From Azolla caroliniana (lineage: Eukaryota; Plantae; Polypodiophyta): 64,000 bases of DNA. Location: NCBI GenBank assembly GCA_043228905.1, contig JBHGNT010000011.1:19964001-20028000 (forward strand), read 5' to 3'. The position numbers were made by a program, and so were the translations under genes. The notes under the pieces are model-generated. The model saw nothing but the letters and a program-made list of their open reading frames with translations, had not been told where the DNA came from and did no database searches. Of the stretch, positions 57,443-64,000 are shown in pieces (within the stretch, counting starts at the first letter, position 1; each line of letters opens with the position of its first letter).

Positions 57443-57751
57443 CCATTCCCGCCGTTGTTCGCTGCTTATATAGCCAGGGCCTTAACTTTCCTATCTATGT
57501 GGGATATTTCACAGTTTGTTTTTTCTTTTTTTTCTTTTGCAAAACTTTATACCCACATAAGTTGACACTTACATGTCTGTTGCGGCTGTAGTAAAGTGCA
57601 TCCACAAGCTCTTCAAGACCTCCATCCTTTTATAGTTTTATGTGATTTTCACACCATTGCCGAAAATCTTCACGAAATCTCCACCCCCACCAAACCGCAC
57701 GTCCTCTGGTACGTGCCAAGAAGAGAGAGTGTGAGATTTCGGCTACGGTGA

Positions 57752-60324
57752 TCAATAAGATTCCTCCTCGTCTTGTCTTTTCTTGAAAACCTTTACTCTT
57801 TTTCCCGCAATGGGTATGGCCAACCTTGATCCATCTAGTTCCGCAAGGTGGTATGTGGCATTGTCGTTGGCAGTTATCACCACATACGGTCCGAACCATC
57901 TTCTTGTGAACTTTCTTGTTGTACTGTGTTGATTGTCAAGGCTACTGTCGTAGACCAATACCCAATCTCCTTCTTCGATCCTCTTAGGACGTAGTTGATG
58001 CGTCTTGTCGAACCGAATTTTGTTCTTCACTTGGGCTGCCTCCATCATTTTTCGCGCATGTTCTAGATCTTCAGGTCTCCTTCAAGTTGCCTTATCCGTG
58101 CCGCTAATAATTCTTCTCAGCTCATCTCATTATCCCATGGTATCGCTACCGAAGAGGCGATCGTCCTTTCGATGGGCATCACCGGCTTTTGTCCATACAT
58201 AAGCTCCGTTGGCATATACCTTGTCACCGAGCTATGTGTCGTTCTGTCAGCCCACAAGGCATAGGGCAATAGTCGTGGCCAATTCCCGACTCGACCGTTG
58301 CATGCTTGTACGATGGCTTTGACGATGGGTTCATGCCCTCGCTGGATCTTCCCATTTGCTTCTGGATTGTAGGCAGTCGTGAGGGAGAGCTTCATGCCTA
58401 GTCGTTCGAAAAGCTCAGTTGTTTCATGTGCGTCCAACTCCCCTCAGTCAGTGACTATCTTCCCCACACATCCGTATCGGTAGACAATCTCTTCAAGTAG
58501 AAATTTGCAAACAGCTGACATCGTCTTATTTGTCAAGGCCCGCCCTTCCACTTGATTTGTCAAGTCTTCTCTTGCCAGCACTAAGTACTTCATTTGTCCC
58601 ACTCCCATTGGCATCAAGACCAGATCAACCATCCATTTGAAGTGTATGGTGAGCGGGTATGTCGGTCGTAGCTCATCACGATGATGTATGTTGGAATGTA
58701 CTTGGCAAGTTTCGCATGTGGACACGAAATGGAGTACATCTTTGTACATGCTTGGCCACCAATACTTTTCCTTCAACTTTTTGAACGTCGCCCATGTTCC
58801 TCTATGACTTGCCCAAGCACTCTCGTGGAATTCGGTCATCAGCGTCACTTGCACTTCTTTCTTCACCACCACTCGGCATGGTATTCCCATCCTTCTTTTA
58901 GGGTGTCGCCAAAGGAAGCCTCCCTTCAAGAAGTATCGATAAGCTTTCTTCTGGATTCGTAGAGCCTCCTCCTTTGTCAACGAATGCGGATTTCTGGTTG
59001 CCCGAATGCGGATTTTTATCCCGAAAATGTTAAATTCGCATCTTCGAGCCTTTGAAGCGCCCTCTCGCAATCTTTCATATGATTCGCGACGAACTTTCTA
59101 CACCCTTATCTTTTGATTCATCTTTCTCCTCATCCGAACATCCTTTTATCAGAATATCAATTAAGAATGGTATCGTGATGTCCGGGATACAATCCGTCAA
59201 GACTTTGTTCATGGCATTCACCATATGAGCCATCGAGTTCATTGCGCCTTGAGGTAAGGTACACATCCGCACAAGCCCGATCAGAGTCCTCATGGTTGTA
59301 ATGTCACAACTGTTGATCGCCAATTGGAATTGGTCATATCCGGAGTAGAGATCGCCAATGGAGTAGATGGATCGGCCCGCAAACGCCTCGGCAAATTCGT
59401 CCACGCTCGGACCGATTCCGGCATTTTGAATTGTCACCTTGTTGACGTGTTGAAGATCTTGGATGAATCGCAATGATCCATTCTTCTTCGGCACCGTGAA
59501 CCACCTATTGGAATAAGGAGCATTCGATGGTTCCAAAATTCCCATATTCACCTTCTCCTTTAAGAGCTTGATCAGCTTCGATAGGTGTGCTCTCGGAACC
59601 GGTATCGGTTTCAAATTCCAAGGTACATGCGGCATCGTGAAGATCACCATCGGCTCTATCGCCCTTGGATCAGCACATCCGATTTCTTGTGGAAAAAAAG
59701 CGAAAGCCTTCCCATGTCTCTCAAGCATGTCGCGAAACTTTTGCTCCTCTTCAAGGAGAAGGAAATCCTCCCTTCTAACTCGTAGCTTTCCCTTCATCTC
59801 TTTGGTGAAGACATGACCTATTGTCTTCGGATCTCTTAAGCTTGGATCGTTAGCGACTACCTTCATCTTTTGCCAGCTATCTTCCGGTAGCGGAACCGCA
59901 ACTGGCTTGACCTTCTTTTCCACTGTTTTATATTTTGTGTTGACGTCAGTTTCCTTCATCAAGATGCTTCGATGATATTCATCGATGATAATGTACATGT
60001 TGATGGAGCTAACCGAAATCACGTGATGATCGTGAAGATAGCTCAAGTCCACGACGTCCTTGATTTCGCCGATGGTGTCGTTAAATGAGGCTTCTTCCAT
60101 AATATGAGTCACGAACTCTTCTTCTTCTATTATGTTTTCTTCTTTCAGCATCTTCTCGAAGTTTTGTATCCGATGCTTGTCCTTCTTGTCGGGTAGTACT
60201 AGTTTACATGCGCCACTAGGTGTGACACATGTTGCTTCTCCTCGCAATCCACGTGCTCTACTTTCTTGTGGGGACTTGCGATTGCTCGGACTATTTGTGC
60301 CCCATGCTTCAATAGTCTGCTCTA
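57752..60324 (-). pseudogene. G5 pol (RT plus integrase; RT thumb and RNase H deleted)
   Basis: YSNRWFTVPKKNGSLRFIQDL, LPQG, then a jump from SAFGQPEI to LTKEEALRIQKK, HRGTWATF, GPY. Confidence 0.88.
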
Positions 60325-63000
60325 AAAATCCGGGGATTCGCCTCCAAGACTATCTCGATTTCTTTCATGATTAGCTCGCACCATTAGGAATTGGAGCGAT
60401 CTTTGGTTGTCAAGACTCTTTATTCGTGCGAAGGCTGCTCCATTATCGAACACTTTGGTCTCCATCCGAGATGATGTGATATACGGTTGTCCTAGGATGA
60501 TAGGATGTGACGTCGATTCTTGCACGAAGAAGTGTTGATCCATCTCCACATCCCCGATCGTGATTTTAACATCGGGACAAGCTCCGTACAAGTCCTACGT
60601 AGTCTTTGTTGTCGCACGAATCTTCCATCCGTGATTTGTATTGATTGGTCATCTTCCTTTTTTGTAGAAGTCGGTTGACATGAGGTTGATCTCCGAGCCG
60701 TGGTTGATCAAGGCTACCACGGTCTCTTTCTTCTCCCCGATCTTCACTGGCGTCTCCGTTGTCGCTCGTGCCCAATGAGGTCAAGTATAGTGGTTGTCCA
60801 CCATATCTTCATCGACTTCGTCTCTTGCCATCGTTATGACATTCGTTTTTGCTTTTTGCGGCTTCTCTTCTTCCTCATCCGATTGTTGTCTTTTCCTCTT
60901 TACAAGGTCCACGATCATGTCATGGAACTCCTTCTTTGTAATGCCAAGCAATTCCCTCAAGGACAAAGTCACGTGGCTATCAAGAACACGTTCTTCGAGA
61001 ATCTTCTTTAGGTCCGTCGTCTGCTCTATGTCTGACCTTAGCTTATAGGTAGGCATAGCCCTTGTCCTCCGAGCGGGGTCTTCAACACCAATCTTCACGG
61101 GCCGAACCGTTTCTTCGACTCGTTTGCTCGACTCTGCTTTTTGGCTTGCATCTCCTTCCTCCATTTGCAAGGGTCGACTCGTCTCTGCATCTTCTTTCTT
61201 TTTTGTGTTCCTTGTTTCATGTCTTTTTGATGGGCCTTGCTCTTCTATTCTTTTGCTCTTTTCTTCGACGAACACCTCGTGGCTGTCGCACATCACTTCC
61301 GCGAGTATAGTGTTGTCATCTACCAGATCCGACCACCCGGTTATCCTTTGCACACTTCGGTCCGCAAGCTCCACCTCATTCGATGTGACCTTCCCCATCT
61401 TCTCATACTCGAGAATGGAAGACCAAAACTTTGCTCCTACTTTCGCAGCTTCATTGTTGTCTTTCCCGATCTTATTCCAGCCGTTGCAGCATAGTGCATC
61501 GCATCCACATGAGTCGCCTCAGCATCTTCCATAGATTTCTTCATTCACCCTCTTCCAAAATTCACCCGTAGGGGTCTTCGAGTTTCAGTCGAGCAGATCA
61601 TGTTGTCCTCTATGTATACGATATTTTGTCGAATCGCCTCTCAAAGGCTCGCGCAATCCCTTCTCATGTGGTCCATGCTATCGCACCACACTCAACTAAA
61701 GGGTTCTTTTCTTTTGGGGCCCCGACGATTGATGTTGGCTAGCGTGACCTTCTCGAACTTCTTCGCTAGCTCTTCGATGATGTCGTCATCAATCTTCTTT
61801 TCTTCTGGGCTGCTTTGTTTGGGCGGCTCAGCTACTTTCGGTTGTCTTGTTTTCTCCACAACAGTCGATCCCGCCAAGTCGGTGTCATCAACCCACTGAC
61901 GACGCTTGTCGAGCCTATTGCATGCTCGCTTTACCGCAACCTAGTCCGCCATAAGCCCATTTGCTTGGGTATCGTCTTCGAGAAGAGTCCCCAATTCTCG
62001 TCTATCCTTCATGTTCACAGCTTTCAAGAAGTACAAAGTCTTGTCTTCTTCAAGCAACACTTGGTCCGTGTTGGGGAGACGACTAAACATCTGGTCGAAT
62101 TTGTCGTACACCCTCGAGGCGCTCATCTTCTTATTCTTCTTTGACGTGAAATACATGGATTAATCTCCGGCCACAACCGAAGCGTAGATCACTTGATGAC
62201 AATCAAAACATAGACGAAATAGGAATGGAGGTTTCAGGCTATTTACAAATATAGCCCTAGTGGGCTCTCTGGAACATATTTACATATAGGTCCCTTCCAT
62301 CCGATGAGAGGTTCTCATCAAGCCTACAACATCTGGTTCTCACCGGGTCTTCCTTGCCAGGTACTCGTCATCCGGTTCTCACCTGGTCTTCCGTTGCCGG
62401 GTACTCCACATCCGGTTCTCACCGGGTCTTCCGTTGCTGGGTACTCGTCATCCGATTCTCACCGGGTCTTCCTTGTCGGGTACTCGTCATCCGGTTCTCA
62501 TCGAGTCTTCCATTGTTGGGTACTCCACATCCGGTTCTCACCGGGTCTTCCGTTGTCGGGTTTGCTCATCAACATTGTTCTTCTCACTTCCCATCCGGAG
62601 GGACCTGTTTCCTAACATTCTTTTCTATCAACTTCATCAAGGCATGTCAAGTCATCCTCGTTGAGTCTTCAGTCCCGAACTCCGCTAATATCGCTTTCTC
62701 AAACTCGAACCATGTTATCTTTCCTTCTTGAAGCTCGATGACGCGTCTTTGGATGTTGTTGGCGACCACCCTCTTGAAACTCGTGATTTCCCGTGCTTCA
62801 GACACGTCTCTTTGATTCATCTCCCTTTTGTATGCGTTAAGGAACTTCGTAATGTTCCTTCCATCAAATTGACCCTCGAGCTCTACGACACGGTCGACGG
62901 CCTTCTCCACACTCGCATCGTTGTCTCAAGATCTCATAATTTGTTCGACGATTATCATCATCCTTTCGAACTCTCCCACTTGGTTGCTTGAGGATGCCAT
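60322..63000 (-). pseudogene. G5 gag-PR, degenerate and interrupted by S2
   Basis: FDGRNITKFL, LSLRELLGI, HFFVQE..HPIILGQPY, ends ESPDF*. Confidence 0.85.
62142..62617. mobile_element. S2: 476-bp solo LTR of an unrelated family, with an internal ~40-bp tandem array
   Basis: TG...CA ends and 5-bp TSD TTCTT; host gag restores to IEKKNKKM. About 6 copies of CATCCGGTTCTCACCGGGTCTTCC...GGTACTC at ~62330-62560. Confidence 0.85.
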
Positions 63001-64000
63001 CTCCAAGTATCTGTTGATCCTCGATTTGATCCTTCCTGCCGCCTCTTTCACGTCGGGTTCACCATTTAATTATGTCGTGAAGATTCGTCACTACGCGCGG
63101 ATCGTGAGGCGGAACCATCGGGGTTCTGGACCGGAAGGACTCAAAGTTGGCGCTAGCTTTAGCGAGAAAGGTTTTAAGATAGATTGAAAGAGAGAGATTG
63201 AGATAAGATAGAACACTTGATTTTTAGATTGAGAGAGAGTTTTTCAGAGACAAGATATATCAACAATTGGATAACGAATTTCTTACTTTTAATTTTAATT
63301 TTAATTTTACATTAGTCCTTTCATCTTTTTCCTCCCCTCTTTTATAGATGCCCTCATGCATTTGAGGGTACAAGACATGCATAAAATGCATGTTTGCCAT
63401 TTGGCACTCATGTATTACATGTGGTGCATGATAACCACGTCACTCATTTAAGGTCTCATGTATGAGAATTTACATGTAAAATTATAATGACAAAATAATT
63501 ATTTCATGAAAATGTCTTCGCTTAGTGGTAAGCCTATAGACTCTCAACTTGGAGGTGCAAGGTTTAAATCCACACTTGCACTCCTTGTGTGTGTATATAT
63601 ATATATATATGTATACATAGATTTATTTATAATCTATCCGGTCGCTAGATGCTGGATGCTGTTGGTTATCGTCGGTCGTCGGATGACGCCGGCTCCGCCG
63701 CGAGTTGACACCTCTGTCGTCGGATCCGCCGCCGACCGTACGGTTCCGGTTTGCTTACCGACCGGTCCCGATTTGCTTTCCGACAGGTTCCAGTTTGCTT
63801 ACCACCGGTCCCAGTTTGCTTTCTAGTTTATGGACTGATTCCAAATTGATTTCCGGCCGATTCCGGTTTCATTACCGGTCGGTTCCATTTTATTGTCAGT
63901 CGGGTTTTGGGAATTTGGCCACATTCATCCATCTAGACAAAGTGGCCAAAGTGCTCTTAGCACAAATGAGAAAATAAAGGATCTCAATGTGATTATATAG

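Larger units (their letters stand above)
36819..57565 (-). mobile_element. A1: Athila-like (non-chromovirus) Ty3/Gypsy, degenerate, split by G3 and G4; 5'LTR not seen in the window
   Basis: 3'LTR 36819-37211, PPT GAAAGGGATG, gag-PR-RT-RH-IN order, and an extra ORF after IN. Right boundary approximate. Confidence 0.85.
57587..64000 (-). mobile_element. G5: degenerate Gypsy of the Trp-PBS lineage; 5'LTR starts at 63073 and runs off the window; only a ~90-bp 3'LTR remnant
   Basis: Trp PBS 63047-63064, gag-PR ~63000-60322, pol 60324-57752 lacking RNase H, PPT at ~57678-57689. Left boundary uncertain. Confidence 0.82.

Noticed and set aside
63640-63900. GC-rich ACCGGT-containing short repeats
   Set aside because: Probably part of the G5 LTR or another nested element; boundaries cannot be determined at the window edge.

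Overview
Eukaryotic land-plant nuclear DNA, most likely a fern judging by the PLS-type PPR relic and TE style (inference). Positions 1-~19.9 kb are AT-rich, mostly intergenic DNA: the probable first two exons of a minus-strand gene at the left edge, microsatellites, a ~400-bp TIR element, a PPR pseudogene fragment and short tandem duplications. Positions ~19.9-64 kb are one deeply nested retrotransposon stack that can be rebuilt from TSDs and restored reading frames. A minus-strand APE-RT LINE is split by Gypsy G1 (itself carrying solo LTR S1 and deleted element G2), a near-intact Copia C1 and an Athila-like Gypsy A1 with a large extra ORF. A1 is split by the intact Gypsy G3 and by G4 and abuts G5, and G5 carries solo LTR S2. 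The most notable system is the Gypsy lineage formed by G1, S1, G2, G3, G4 and G5. It has TGTCG...CGACA ends, a tRNA-Trp PBS and 4-bp TSDs that are always CpG-centred. It has no chromodomain and a DHG protease motif. Its gag-PR / RT-RH-IN junction carries a conserved G_GAU_UUU -1 slippery site followed by a covarying stem and candidate pseudoknot.
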